DNA of 64,000 bases from Spirochaetia bacterium (GTDB lineage: Bacteria > Spirochaetota > Spirochaetia > DSM-2461). The notes under the pieces were generated by a model. That model saw nothing but the letters and a program-made list of their open reading frames with translations, made no database searches and was not told where the DNA came from. The position numbers and the translations under genes are program-made. Positions 1 through 10,390 of this stretch are shown here, piece by piece; the stretch's first letter is position 1, and each line of letters starts with the position of its first letter. The stretch covers positions 3,040,001-3,104,000 of the forward strand of contig CAXXIA010000002.1 in assembly GCA_963666985.2 (NCBI GenBank), in the 5' to 3' direction.

Positions 1-1009
1 GATGACTGTTTCGCGCCGCTTCCTCAAGTCCTTTGTCGGCCAGAATCAGGCCGTAGCGCAGCGTGGCTCCCGTGAGAGCCAAGGTGGAAGTAAGGGCGAC
101 CGAACCGGGCATATTGGCGACTCCGTAATGAATCACTCCGTCGATGTTGTACACCGGATCGTCGTGGGTGGTGGCCTTGATTGTTTCGACGCAGCCGCCC
201 TGATCCACGGCCACGTCAACGATAACGGCGCCTTCTTTCATGAGTTTCAAATGCTCCCGGCGAACAAGGCGCGGGGCTCTGGCGCCGGGAATGAGAACCG
301 CTCCGATAACCAGATCCGATTCCTTCAGGACGGTTTCGATATTGGCTTCGGTGCTGTAGAGGGTGGCGATGGAGGAGCCGAAGATGTCGTCCAGGTAGGC
401 CAGCCGGCGGGCGTTTACATCCAGAACGGTCACGTCTGCGCCGATCCCAACGGCGATTTTGGCCGCGTTGGTTCCCACGACGCCTCCGCCGATTACGGCG
501 ATGCGGCCCCGGCGGACGCCCGGGACTCCGCCGAGGAGAATCCCCCGGCCGCCGAACTGCTTCTCCAGGTATTTGGCCCCTTCCTGCACGGAAAGGCGGC
601 CGGCGATTTCACTCATGGGAACCAGACAGGGAAGCGATTCATGGTCTTCAATGGTTTCATAAGCGACCGCTTTTACCCTGTGTTCCAGAAGAGCCTCTGT
701 GAGTTCGGGTTCCGCGGCCAGGTGCAGATAGGTATAGAGCAGTTGGTCTTCATGAAACAAATCGTATTCGGAGGCCTGAGGCTCTTTGACCTTTACAATC
801 ATGTCCGAATCGTCGAAGAGTTTCTTCTTATCGGTGATTATCTCGGCTCCGGCGGCCGCGTACTGTTCATCCGGAAAACCGGCCTGGCGTCCCGCGTTCG
901 TTTCAATGAAAACTTTATGATTGCGGCCGACATAGGCTTTAACATCAGCGGGCGTCATACCTACGCGATATTCATGCGTTTTGATTTCTTTGGCGACTCC
1001 GATATTCAT
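1..1009 (-). CDS. ald: Alanine dehydrogenase (3' end runs off the window)
   Basis: Manual translation of the minus strand from ATG at 1009: MNIGVAKEIKTHEYRVGMTP..., LYTYLHLAA, PMSEIAGRLSVQEGAKYL, VIGGGVVG, DVAVDQGGCVET, YGVANMPG. Absent from the ORF track because it has no stop in the window. Confidence 0.95.
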   Translation of the reverse strand, partial: MNIGVAKEIKTHEYRVGMTPADVKAYVGRNHKVFIETNAGRQAGFPDEQYAAAGAEIITDKKKLFDDSDMIVKVKEPQASEYDLFHEDQLLYTYLHLAAEPELTEALLEHRVKAVAYETIEDHESLPCLVPMSEIAGRLSVQEGAKYLEKQFGGRGILLGGVPGVRRGRIAVIGGGVVGTNAAKIAVGIGADVTVLDVNARRLAYLDDIFGSSIATLYSTEANIETVLKESDLVIGAVLIPGARAPRLVRREHLKLMKEGAVIVDVAVDQGGCVETIKATTHDDPVYNIDGVIHYGVANMPGSVALTSTLALTGATLRYGLILADKGLEEAARNSH

Positions 1010-1142
1010 CGTTCTACCCCTTAAGGCATAAAATGAGATAAGAATCTACGAAAAACGAATAAAAATCAATAAAAAATACGAAAATCGAAATAATCACAGA
1101 GGCGGCGGTGATATTTATTGCCGAATAAGCGAATAAGTTAAT

Positions 1143-1220
1143 AAAAACGGCCGGTTCCCGAAGTCTTGCTCCTTCGCAAAAACCGGCCGAATATGATGGC
1201 CGCATCGGTTAATCGGCCAT
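1143..1220 (-). terminator. Probable intrinsic terminator hairpins downstream of the CoA-disulfide reductase fusion
   Basis: Inverted repeats CGGCCGGTT/AACCGGCCG followed on the minus strand by TTTTT, plus a second hairpin ATGGCCG/CGGCCAT. Confidence 0.5.
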
Positions 1221-1236
1221 AGAAATCAGTTGAGCC

Positions 1237-3738
1237 TCAGATAAACAGTGTATTGGTGGACGTATCGGTAGCGGCGAGGAAGGAGGCCACTCCGCCCACT
1301 TCGATGCCGTCGATCAATTCTTCCCTTTTTACGCCCATTACGTCCATGCTCATGGTACAGGCCACCATGCGGACACCGTTCTCTATCGCGGTTTGAAACA
1401 TCACCTCCAGCGAATCGATATTCAGCTTTTTCATCCGGCGCCTCATCATCTTGGTTCCCATACCCCCCATATTCATTTTGGAAAGGCTGAGTTTGGTACT
1501 GTCGGAAGGAAGCATCATGCCGAACATCCGTCCCATGAAATCCTTTTTCACTTTGGGAGGTCGGGATTTTTTCAGCAGATTCAGGCCCCAGAATGTAAAG
1601 AAGACCGTCGCTTTTTTTCCCGCGCCGGCGGCTCCGTTGGCGATGACCATGGCGGCCAAAGCCTTGTCGAAATCGTCGGAAAAGAGAACAAGAGACGTAT
1701 CCCGTCCCCCGGCGCCGGCGGAGGCCTGAGCCGGGGCGAGCGAATCCCGGGGAACGCCCTTTTCAATAATCGCCGTGATTTCTCCGGCATTCTGCTTCAA
1801 ATCCACCAGGGTGTTTCCCGTCATGCTGCACCAGGCTTTCACATCCGTGGCGAATCCCGGATCCGAGGCCGTTTCCCGAATCCGGTCGCCCTGAGCCACC
1901 CGGTCCACGGCTTTTTTCAGGGCCAGAATCGGCCCCGGACATTGGAGCCCGGCCGCGTCCACTTCGAGAATCTTCACATCGATTTTTTCCATGGGCACTT
2001 CACGGTTCCGACCTTCAACATCGGATTGATAGATATGATCGTCTTTGCCGATGAAGTCTTTTTCGAAGATGTCCTCGTTGCTCTGCTTCTGGATGGCGTG
2101 TTCCCAGGTTTTATAGCCTCCGGAAAGGTTAAGGACATCATCAAAACCGTTCTGCCTTAAAATTCGTTCGGCCATATACGCCCGAAGGCCGACTCCGCAG
2201 AAAAGGACGATCGAACGGTCGGTGCGGAATTCGGGAAGTCTTCCTCGAATTTCCTGAAGAGGAATGTTCCGGGCGCCTTCAATCGTGCCGAGCGCGGCCT
2301 CTTCCGGAAGGCGGACATCCACCAATTGGACTTTATTCAGATCTTTGGCGCGAAGTTCATCCCAGCGGATATGTTTGGAGCGGCCTTTAAGAATGTTTTC
2401 CGCGACGAAACCGATGATGTTCACCGGATCTTTCGCCGACGAATAAGGCGGAGCGTAGGCGTGTTCAATCTCCGTTAAATCGGTAATGGTTCCGCCCCTG
2501 CGGATAACCGAAGCGATCATGTCGATCCGTTTATCCACTCCTTCGAAACCGACGATTTGCCCGCCGTAGAGCCGGCCGTCCTCCGGATTGAAAAGAATTT
2601 TCAGGGACATGGCCGTGGCGCCCGGATAATAGCCCGCATGACTGGAAGAATGCGTAATGCAGCTTTGGAACGGAATGCTCTCCTTGGCGAGAACTTTTTC
2701 CGAGGCTCCCGTGGCGGCTACGGTTAGGTCGAAGACCTTGGCAACCGCCGTTCCGATGGCGCCCTTATATTCGGATGAATCTCCGAAAGCGATATTATCG
2801 GCGCAGATTCGTCCCTGTTTATTCGCCGGACCGGCCAAATAGGTGATTGTGGGAACTCCTGTAATCGGGGAAGGAAACTCGATCGCGTCTCCCACGGCGT
2901 AGATGTCCGGATCGCTGGTTCTTAAAAATTTGTCGACTTTTATTCCCCGCGTGGTTCCGATTTCCAATCCGGCCTCAAGCGCCAAAGCCGAATCGGGACG
3001 AACGCCTATGGAAAGAATAACCATGTCGGCTTCCAGAAAGCGGCCGGAATTGAGTTTCATCGAAATATTCTTTTCGCTTTCCGTGAAAGACGAGACTCCG
3101 TCTTTCAGAAAGAACTCAACTCCTTTCACCTTCAAATGCTGGTGGACTTCCGCCGCCATTTCATAGTCCAGAGGAGTCATCACCTGAGCGGCCATTTCGA
3201 CGATGGTGACGAAAACTCCCGAATCATGGAGGTTTTCCGCCATTTCCAAACCGATGAATCCCGCTCCGACGACAATGGCCCTTTTGGGGCGTTCGGAATC
3301 GAGAAAGGCTTTGATGGCATCCGTGTCCCTGACATTTCGAATAGTGAAAATCCGTTTGGATTCGATGCCTTCAAGCGGGGGCTTTACCGGCTCGGCACCG
3401 GGCGAAAGTACCAGTTTGTCGTATGCTTCTACGCTTTCCAATCCGTTCCGGAGATTTTTCACCGTAACGGTTTTTGCCCGGCGATTGATTGATATGACTT
3501 CGCTGAGATTCCGGACATCCACATTCAGAAGTTCGTGAAAACTCTCGGGGGTTTGAACAAAAAGGCGGGAACGGTCTTTGATGGTGCCGCCCAGATAATA
3601 AGGCAAACCGCAGTTCGCATAGGAGATGTCTTCGCCCCGTTCGAAAAGTATGATTTCCGCTTTTTCGTCGTTTCGGCGAAGCCGTGCCGCCGTTGTGGCT
3701 CCGCCCGCAACCCCGCCGACGATTATATATCGTGCCAT
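1237..3738 (-). CDS. CoA-disulfide/persulfide reductase fused to rhodanese, TusA(SirA) and DsrE-like domains
   Basis: GGVAGG FAD motif, SYANCGLPY redox Cys, GAGFIGLE, YAPPYS; rhodanese FCGVGLRAY; TusA DAAGLQCPGP; DsrE2-type FFTFWGL...ACTMSMDVMG. Confidence 0.9.
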   Translation of the reverse strand: MARYIIVGGVAGGATTAARLRRNDEKAEIILFERGEDISYANCGLPYYLGGTIKDRSRLFVQTPESFHELLNVDVRNLSEVISINRRAKTVTVKNLRNGLESVEAYDKLVLSPGAEPVKPPLEGIESKRIFTIRNVRDTDAIKAFLDSERPKRAIVVGAGFIGLEMAENLHDSGVFVTIVEMAAQVMTPLDYEMAAEVHQHLKVKGVEFFLKDGVSSFTESEKNISMKLNSGRFLEADMVILSIGVRPDSALALEAGLEIGTTRGIKVDKFLRTSDPDIYAVGDAIEFPSPITGVPTITYLAGPANKQGRICADNIAFGDSSEYKGAIGTAVAKVFDLTVAATGASEKVLAKESIPFQSCITHSSSHAGYYPGATAMSLKILFNPEDGRLYGGQIVGFEGVDKRIDMIASVIRRGGTITDLTEIEHAYAPPYSSAKDPVNIIGFVAENILKGRSKHIRWDELRAKDLNKVQLVDVRLPEEAALGTIEGARNIPLQEIRGRLPEFRTDRSIVLFCGVGLRAYMAERILRQNGFDDVLNLSGGYKTWEHAIQKQSNEDIFEKDFIGKDDHIYQSDVEGRNREVPMEKIDVKILEVDAAGLQCPGPILALKKAVDRVAQGDRIRETASDPGFATDVKAWCSMTGNTLVDLKQNAGEITAIIEKGVPRDSLAPAQASAGAGGRDTSLVLFSDDFDKALAAMVIANGAAGAGKKATVFFTFWGLNLLKKSRPPKVKKDFMGRMFGMMLPSDSTKLSLSKMNMGGMGTKMMRRRMKKLNIDSLEVMFQTAIENGVRMVACTMSMDVMGVKREELIDGIEVGGVASFLAATDTSTNTLFI

Positions 3739-3913
3739 CTTTAAGTCCTCCGTTACCTAATAGTATAGTCTGCATTAACCAAAATCAATATAATAATATA
3801 TATAAATTGATATCTATTAAAGCAAGAGAATATTTCTTTGGTTTGATTGCTCTCCTCGCCTCTTTCGAGGCCTATGGATTTTTCCTCATTCGGATTCCTG
3901 ATATGATCAATAC

Positions 3914-5323
3914 ATGATCTCCTCTCGGCCTTTCCATATGATGGCAAAACCCATCGGTCCGCTCTGCAATATCCGCTGCGAGTATTGTTTTTACCTTTCC
4001 AAAGAAGAATTATTCGGCGGAAAATCCCGATCGAACTACGTTATGAACGACGAAGTTTTGGAAACGTATATCAGGAAATATACGGAAGCTCAGCCTCCGG
4101 GAACCCCGGAGATAACATTCGCCTGGCAGGGCGGCGAACCGATGCTTCTTCCGCAGTCTTTTTTTGAAAAAGCCGTTGAACTTGAACAAAAATACGCCCG
4201 AAAGGGCATGCGAATCCAAAATGCAATTCAGACAAACGGCACTTTAATAACGCGAAGCCGTGCCGAATGGTTCGCGGAGAATAATTTTCTGGTCGGGGTG
4301 AGCATCGACGGGCCTGAAGATCTTCATAACAAATTCCGCCGCGATCGGGAGGGGAAGGGGACCTTTCAAGATGTCATGAAAGGTCTTGAAAATCTGAAAG
4401 CGGCCGGCGCCGAATTCAACACCTTGACGGTTGTTCAATCGGATAATGCGGATCATCCGCGGCGTGTTTATGATTTTTTGAAATCCATCGGCTCCGAATA
4501 CCTGCAGTTCATTCCCATTGTGGAGCCGATCGGCAAGCGGGCGGACGGAGCGGATTCTTTTGTCGGTGAAGGCGCCGGCGGTGCGGCGACTGCGGCGATA
4601 TCCGGCGGTGAATCGATTCTCAGCGGCCGAAGTGGGGGCGCCGGCAAGAACGAAAACGGCCGCAATGCATCGGCTTCGGCCTTAAACCGTCTTGCCTCTT
4701 ATCGCAGTGTTCGTCCCGAGCAATGGGGCGATTTCATGAACGGAGTGTTCGACGCATGGATTTGTTCCGATATCGGACGGACTTACGTGCAGCATTTCGA
4801 TTTGCTTCTGGGACTGCACGCGGGTTATCCGTCCACTCTCTGTGTTCATGCCGAGACATGCGGTTTTGCCATGGCGATTGAACATAACGGGAATGTCTAC
4901 AGCTGCGATCACTATGTCTTTCCCGAGTATTATTTGGGAAACGTTATGGAAGAGTCCCTTCCCGAGATCGTCGGCAGTCCCCTGCAGGCCGCCTTCGGTC
5001 AAGCCAAGCGTGATGCCTTGCCGGATGTATGCCGGGAGTGCCGATATTTGAATCTGTGCCGGGGTGCCTGTCCGAAGGACCGTTTGATTGATGCTCCCGG
5101 CGGCAAGCTGAACTGGCTTTGTGAAGGTTATTATAAATTTTATGAACATACGGAGCCGCATTTTAAAGCCATGGCGGCGGCTCTGGCGTCAAGGATGCCC
5201 GCTTCCGAGTATCGGCGTTTTTTCAAGATTCCCGATTCGGCCCGTCCCGGACGGAACGAACCTTGTCCCTGCGGCAGCGGGAAAAAGTTCAAGAATTGTC
5301 ACGGCCGGATGCCGTCGGTATAG
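3914..5323 (+). CDS. Anaerobic sulfatase maturase (radical SAM/SPASM) with C-terminal SEC-C motif
   Basis: KPIGPLCNIRCEYCFY, WQGGEP, QTNG, SPASM Cys (YSCDHYV, CRECRYLNLCRGACPKDR), tail GRNEPCPCGSGKKFKNCHG. Confidence 0.9.
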   Translation: MISSRPFHMMAKPIGPLCNIRCEYCFYLSKEELFGGKSRSNYVMNDEVLETYIRKYTEAQPPGTPEITFAWQGGEPMLLPQSFFEKAVELEQKYARKGMRIQNAIQTNGTLITRSRAEWFAENNFLVGVSIDGPEDLHNKFRRDREGKGTFQDVMKGLENLKAAGAEFNTLTVVQSDNADHPRRVYDFLKSIGSEYLQFIPIVEPIGKRADGADSFVGEGAGGAATAAISGGESILSGRSGGAGKNENGRNASASALNRLASYRSVRPEQWGDFMNGVFDAWICSDIGRTYVQHFDLLLGLHAGYPSTLCVHAETCGFAMAIEHNGNVYSCDHYVFPEYYLGNVMEESLPEIVGSPLQAAFGQAKRDALPDVCRECRYLNLCRGACPKDRLIDAPGGKLNWLCEGYYKFYEHTEPHFKAMAAALASRMPASEYRRFFKIPDSARPGRNEPCPCGSGKKFKNCHGRMPSV

Positions 5324-5364
5324 ACCTCTGGGAGATTCCCCTCTTCATGGATTAGAATAGGATT

Positions 5365-5661
5365 ATGAACGCTTCCGATTACAATGAAAGATTAAGAAAA
5401 ACCGGGCGGAACGACCTCTGCCCCTGCGGTTCGGGAAAAAAGTATAAGAAATGCCATCTGGCGGCCGATGAGGCCGCGAAGCACGAGGAACTGGCAAAAG
5501 CGGCCGAGGAAAGGGAGTCCGCAATGAAGACCGATGAAAACGAATCGGAAGATGCCGGCGGCCGATCTTCCGTTCCTCGAAGAGACGGACACCAGCACTC
5601 CGGCAAATTGCAGGGAGGGCAGGACAGGCACGTCAATATTCCGAGGCGCGGCGCCGTCTGA
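5365..5661 (+). CDS. Small SEC-C motif protein
   Basis: GRNDLCPCGSGKKYKKCH near the N-terminus followed by a charged tail. Confidence 0.8.
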   Translation: MNASDYNERLRKTGRNDLCPCGSGKKYKKCHLAADEAAKHEELAKAAEERESAMKTDENESEDAGGRSSVPRRDGHQHSGKLQGGQDRHVNIPRRGAV

Positions 5662-5695
5662 TTGCGGCGGGTGCCGGTCCCGGGCTTCCTGTGTA

Positions 5696-7654
5696 TTATT
5701 CTTCTTTCTCCAATTCGGCCAGCCAAATGGCGGCATCGGCGTCCGAAGGCATTCGCCAGTCGCCTCTCGGCGAAAGAGCGATGGTGCCCACTTTCGGACC
5801 GTCGGGCAGGCAGGAACGTTTGAACTGCTGTGAGAAGAACCGTTTATAGAAAAATCGAATCCATTTGTCCACCGTCGGCGCGTCGTAGATGCCCTTGAAG
5901 GCCCGAAGGGCGAGCCGGCGGACCTTGGCGGGGCCGAATCCGTAACGAATCCCATAGAAAAGGAAGAAATCGTGGAGTTCGTAGGGACCGATTTTATCTT
6001 CGGTTTTCTGGACGATTTCTCCATCGGCGCCGGGAGGCAGAAGTTCGGGTGAAATGGGTGTATCCAGGATGTCTTCCAAGATTAATTGAACTTCCGGCGA
6101 CGCCCAGGTTTCCGCGGCCCATTGAATCAGGTATTTCACCAGGGTTTTCGGTACTCCCGAATTCACCGCGTACATGGACATGTGGTCGCCGTTGTAGGTG
6201 CACCAGCCCAGGGCCAATTCCGACAAATCTCCGGTACCGATGACAAGAGCGCCGTTCATGTTCGCGCGGTTCATCAGAATTGACGTTCGGTAGCGGGCCT
6301 GGACGTTTTCATAAGCCACGTCTTCAGGTTCGCCCGAATGATTCAGGTCTTTCATCTGCATCTTGCAGGTTTCCCGAATATCAATGGTTTCCAAAGAAAC
6401 CCCCAGTTCCCCGCAAAGCTTTTCCACATTGCCGAGGGTTCGATCGGTTGTACCGAATCCCGGCATGGTAATCGCCTGTATTCCGTCCGGGGGAAGGGCG
6501 AGTCTTTTAAAGGCATGAACCGAGACAAGGAGAGCCAGAGTGGAATCCAAACCTCCCGAAAGACCGATAACGACGCCGCGAATCCCCGTTCGTTCCAGGC
6601 GCGTGGCCAATCCGCAGGATTGAATCGATGAGATTTCACGGCACCGTTTATCCCTTTCCGCGGGATCGGAAGGAACGAACGGATGGGGATCGATGGGTCT
6701 GTAGAGTTCGGCATCGACGGCTTTCCCGCCATGAAGCCGGCCGCCGAAGCGGACCGTTCGGTATACTTTTGTCGACTCGCGGCGGGCCGCGGGTCCGAAA
6801 GACCTGGACGACCGGCGTTCGTGATCCAAAAGTTCCGTATCGATGTCTGCGAAGATGATGTCCGTTCCAATGGGGAACCGCTCGGACTCGGCAAGAAGCC
6901 GTCCGTTTTCGGCGATGAGGGCATGGCCGCCGAAAACGGTGTCGGTGGTGGATTCCCCGGGCCCGGCCGATGTGTAGGCATAGGCGGCGAGGCAGCGCGC
7001 CGACTGCTGAGCCACGAGAGCTTCCCTGTAGTCCGCTTTTCCCACCAGTTCGTTGCTTGCCGAGAGGTTGAAGAGTATCTGCGCGCCCGCGACGGCATGG
7101 CGGGAGGAGGGAGGAATGGGGCCCCAGAGATCTTCGCAGATTTCAACGGCAAAGCTCATTCGGCGATCTTCTTCTCTGCGGAATAACAGATCCGTGCCGA
7201 AGGGGACTTTCTGTCCCGCCAAAGTAACATGATCGAATCGGGCTTCGTCGGATGAGGCGAACCAGCGGTTTTCATAATATTCATGGGAATCGGGGATGTA
7301 GGTTTTGGGAACCACGCCCAGAATTTCCTTCCCGCCGCGTACGACGACGGCGACGTTGAAAATCCGTCCCTGCCGGGCAAGAGGCATGCCGAAAATCATC
7401 AGGGATCCTCTGGCCGAGGTTTCCTCGACGATGCGGGCGGCCTGTATTTCGGCTTCTTCAAGAAGTCGGGATTGAAGAAAGAGATCGGCGCAGGTATAGC
7501 CGGTTACCGAGAGTTCTGGAAAAAGAACCGCATCGGCTCCCTGATCGCAGGCCCGGAGGAATGCATGGATGACAGCCTCGGCGTTCTCCGCGGGGGCGGC
7601 CGGCTTTACGGCCGGTGTGACGGCGGCGATGCGAAAATAACCCTGATTGCTCAT
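5696..7654 (-). CDS. nadE: Glutamine-dependent NAD+ synthetase
   Basis: Nitrilase-type domain ([16 protein letters not shown]) plus synthetase domain ([30 protein letters not shown]). Confidence 0.95.
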   Translation of the reverse strand: MSNQGYFRIAAVTPAVKPAAPAENAEAVIHAFLRACDQGADAVLFPELSVTGYTCADLFLQSRLLEEAEIQAARIVEETSARGSLMIFGMPLARQGRIFNVAVVVRGGKEILGVVPKTYIPDSHEYYENRWFASSDEARFDHVTLAGQKVPFGTDLLFRREEDRRMSFAVEICEDLWGPIPPSSRHAVAGAQILFNLSASNELVGKADYREALVAQQSARCLAAYAYTSAGPGESTTDTVFGGHALIAENGRLLAESERFPIGTDIIFADIDTELLDHERRSSRSFGPAARRESTKVYRTVRFGGRLHGGKAVDAELYRPIDPHPFVPSDPAERDKRCREISSIQSCGLATRLERTGIRGVVIGLSGGLDSTLALLVSVHAFKRLALPPDGIQAITMPGFGTTDRTLGNVEKLCGELGVSLETIDIRETCKMQMKDLNHSGEPEDVAYENVQARYRTSILMNRANMNGALVIGTGDLSELALGWCTYNGDHMSMYAVNSGVPKTLVKYLIQWAAETWASPEVQLILEDILDTPISPELLPPGADGEIVQKTEDKIGPYELHDFFLFYGIRYGFGPAKVRRLALRAFKGIYDAPTVDKWIRFFYKRFFSQQFKRSCLPDGPKVGTIALSPRGDWRMPSDADAAIWLAELEKEE

Positions 7655-7762
7655 GGAATCAGAATAGTGTTATTCGGAGCGCGAGAAAAGCCGTTTGGCA
7701 CAGCCCCGGATTGTAAAAACCTCAGGGCTTTACATCAGGTCTTTTTTGGGATGTCCGGACGA

Positions 7763-9109
7763 TTATGAAAAACAAATACGATTCCGGCCTTCGTTCTTGG
7801 CGCGGTAAAGCGCTTTATCGGCCGCTTCAATGAGCCTCTCCGGGGTTGTTCCGTCTTTGGGAAACAATGAAGCTCCCATCGATACCGCGATTGTTCCCAG
7901 TGAAGAACCCTGAAAAATCACGTTGATTGCATGGATGCTCTTTCTCAATGTCTCGAATCTCTCTTCAATCCCTTCAAGCTCCGTATCGGATATCAGAATC
8001 AGGAATTCCTCTCCGCCGTAACGGCAGCAAAAATCTTCGATGCGGAAAAAGTTCTTCAGGTGTCGGCCGAGCTCCTTTAAAACGGCGTCTCCGGCCGAAT
8101 GCCCGAAGGTATCGTTGAACACTTTGAAATGGTCGATATCGAGCATGAGAATACACGAAGTACCGTCTTTTCTTTTGGCACGATGCAGTTCTCTTTCGAG
8201 AATGTCGTTGAGGTACTGCCTGTTGAAAAGACCGGTCAGCGGATCGTGAATCGCCAGATCTTTAAGCTGTTCGTGCAGCGTCAGATTGGCAATCGCCAGG
8301 CTTACCTGGTCGGTGAAAATCGAGAGGGATTGACGGGTGAGCGGAGGAAGCACGCCGTCGATGAGCTTGAAACCTGGAGGAAACTGAATATGAAAAAGAC
8401 CGATGACTTCTCCGTGAGCGGTTAAGGGAATGCAGATATTCGTTCCGTCGGTATCGCCGGAGTGGCCGCACCGGGGCGTTTCCCGCCCTTTCCCGGAATA
8501 AAAGTCCTTGCCGAGTCGCAAACCCCAGCAGTCTTCCGGCTGGAAATAGTCCGTGAATTTTCCTTCTCCCCATTGAGCGGCCAGGTTGAGCTGATTCCTC
8601 GATTCTTTGGTGATATAAAGGGCCCCTCGGCTGTCCGGGAAAAGAGAACCGGCGGATTCCCCGACGATCTGATAGATTTCGTTTCTTGATGTACAGACCT
8701 GGAGGTAGGTGGCGAGCCTGCCGAGTCTGTCGTTTCTGATTCCATGCTTTTCCAGCTCTTCGGCTTTATAACTGAGTTGAAGATTCACCTCTTCGAGCTT
8801 TTTTCGTTCTTCGTTCAGCTGTATCAGGATTTTTCTTTGATCGAGCCATCTTCTGATTGCGTAGAATAAGAAAAAGACGGACAGGAAGGCGATTGCCAGG
8901 ATGAGTTCGTCGAGTTTGAAGATTTTCGCCGCCGGTATCCGCCCGATGAATCTGTCAAAGAGGTCGAGTTGTATAAAAACAAGAGGAATCAGGCATAAAA
9001 ATAAGAACAGAAGAATAGTATCCCGTGTCGCTTTACTGAGTTTACCCGATTCCCTGTGCCAAATTCGGACTTGCATTTTGTCGCGTTTATTTTTTTTAAA
9101 TAAGCCCAT
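7763..9109 (-). CDS. Membrane-anchored GAF-GGDEF diguanylate cyclase
   Basis: Two TM segments, coiled coil, GAF-like region (CWGLRLG), HDPLTGLFNR, DIDHFK, RYGGEEF. Confidence 0.88.
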   Translation of the reverse strand: MGLFKKNKRDKMQVRIWHRESGKLSKATRDTILLFLFLCLIPLVFIQLDLFDRFIGRIPAAKIFKLDELILAIAFLSVFFLFYAIRRWLDQRKILIQLNEERKKLEEVNLQLSYKAEELEKHGIRNDRLGRLATYLQVCTSRNEIYQIVGESAGSLFPDSRGALYITKESRNQLNLAAQWGEGKFTDYFQPEDCWGLRLGKDFYSGKGRETPRCGHSGDTDGTNICIPLTAHGEVIGLFHIQFPPGFKLIDGVLPPLTRQSLSIFTDQVSLAIANLTLHEQLKDLAIHDPLTGLFNRQYLNDILERELHRAKRKDGTSCILMLDIDHFKVFNDTFGHSAGDAVLKELGRHLKNFFRIEDFCCRYGGEEFLILISDTELEGIEERFETLRKSIHAINVIFQGSSLGTIAVSMGASLFPKDGTTPERLIEAADKALYRAKNEGRNRICFS

Positions 9110-9225
9110 CTTTTGACTATAAATGAAAAAATAAAGTTTGAAATCCGATATTTTTCGGTTAAGGGGACATTCGAACGGAGAAGTCTGTATAGTTAAACGA
9201 TTATGGGAAAACTCGGGAGTCTTTT

Positions 9226-10101
9226 ATGAAGATAGGCTGGATAGGAACGGGAATCATGGGCGCGTCGATGTGCGGCCATGTCATGGATGCGGGGAACGAA
9301 GCGGCGGTATACAACAGAACCGAATCAAAGATTCAATCCCTGGTTGAAAAGGGTGCCCTCCCCGCGGCCGGTCCGGCCGAAGCGGCCGAAGGGCGTGACA
9401 TTGTGTTCACCATCGTCGGTTACCCTTCGGACGTTGAAGAAATTTACTTCGGAGAAAACGGGATTCTTTCGGTTGTAAAAAGCGGAGCGGTTTTGGTGGA
9501 CATGACCACATCCGCTCCTGATTTGGCCGTTCGAATCGCCCAAGCGGCGAAAGCGAAAGGAGCGTTCGCTCTGGATGCTCCGGTTTCCGGCGGGGACGTG
9601 GGAGCTCGGGAAGCGCGGCTGGCCATCATGGTCGGAGGAGAAGAGGCGGCCTTTACGAAGGTGAAGCCCCTTTTCGATGCGATGGGTACGAACGTCGCGC
9701 TGATGGGACCCGCGGGCAGCGGTCAGCATACGAAGATGGCCAATCAAATCGCCATCGCCGGAACCATGATCGGGACGGTCGAGGCGCTGCTGTACGCCCG
9801 GAGGGCGGGCTTGGAATTGGATGCTTTGATTGACGTTATCGGATCGGGCGCCGCCGGTTCCTGGACCATCAACAATCTGGGGCGCCGCATCGCCAAAGGG
9901 AATTTCGATCCGGGATTCATGGTGATGCATTATCTGAAGGATATGGGCATTGCCCTGGATGAGGCGAAGCGAATGAACCTCGCCCTGCCGGGATTGGCCT
10001 TGGTGGAATCGTTTTACAGAGCGGCGGCGGGACGCGGTTTGGAAAAGGCCGGAACACAGGTGCTGTTTCGGATTCTGGATGAGCTGAACGCGACCGCGTA
10101 A
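9226..10101 (+). CDS. 3-hydroxyisobutyrate dehydrogenase / 2-hydroxy-3-oxopropionate reductase family oxidoreductase
   Basis: IGWIGTGIMG, LDAPVSGG, GSGQHTKMANQ, KDMGIAL. Confidence 0.88.
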   Translation: MKIGWIGTGIMGASMCGHVMDAGNEAAVYNRTESKIQSLVEKGALPAAGPAEAAEGRDIVFTIVGYPSDVEEIYFGENGILSVVKSGAVLVDMTTSAPDLAVRIAQAAKAKGAFALDAPVSGGDVGAREARLAIMVGGEEAAFTKVKPLFDAMGTNVALMGPAGSGQHTKMANQIAIAGTMIGTVEALLYARRAGLELDALIDVIGSGAAGSWTINNLGRRIAKGNFDPGFMVMHYLKDMGIALDEAKRMNLALPGLALVESFYRAAAGRGLEKAGTQVLFRILDELNATA

Positions 10102-10322
10102 TAAGGTGCTTTCTTCGGCGGAAATCAATGAAGGCGCGGCAGGCCGGGCCGAATCGCCATGCTCTTGGTCGCGGTGCACGGGCTGATGGGGTTGTATGCT
10201 TTCCTCAGCCTTGCCTCGGTACGATTCTGTGCGCGGCGCAAGGTTGTTCTTCGGCGGCCCGACGGACGTTATTCGGGGCAATCGGGATATTTTTTATAGG
10301 CGTTCGGCGATTCCCTATCGAC

Positions 10323-10341
10323 CGTTCACAGAGCGTTCATA
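10323..10341 (+). promoter_or_regulatory. Putative OmpR-family binding box (direct repeat, 11-bp period)
   Basis: CGTTCACA at 10323 and CGTTCATA at 10334, about 50 bp upstream of the gene preceding the response regulator. Confidence 0.4.
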
Positions 10342-10390
10342 TCGAAAGTCCATCTTGGTTTCAAGTCGATGTTTCGACAGGAGGTACAGG

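Noticed and set aside
2..1024. 340-aa plus-strand ORF
   Set aside because: Antisense shadow of alanine dehydrogenase on the minus strand
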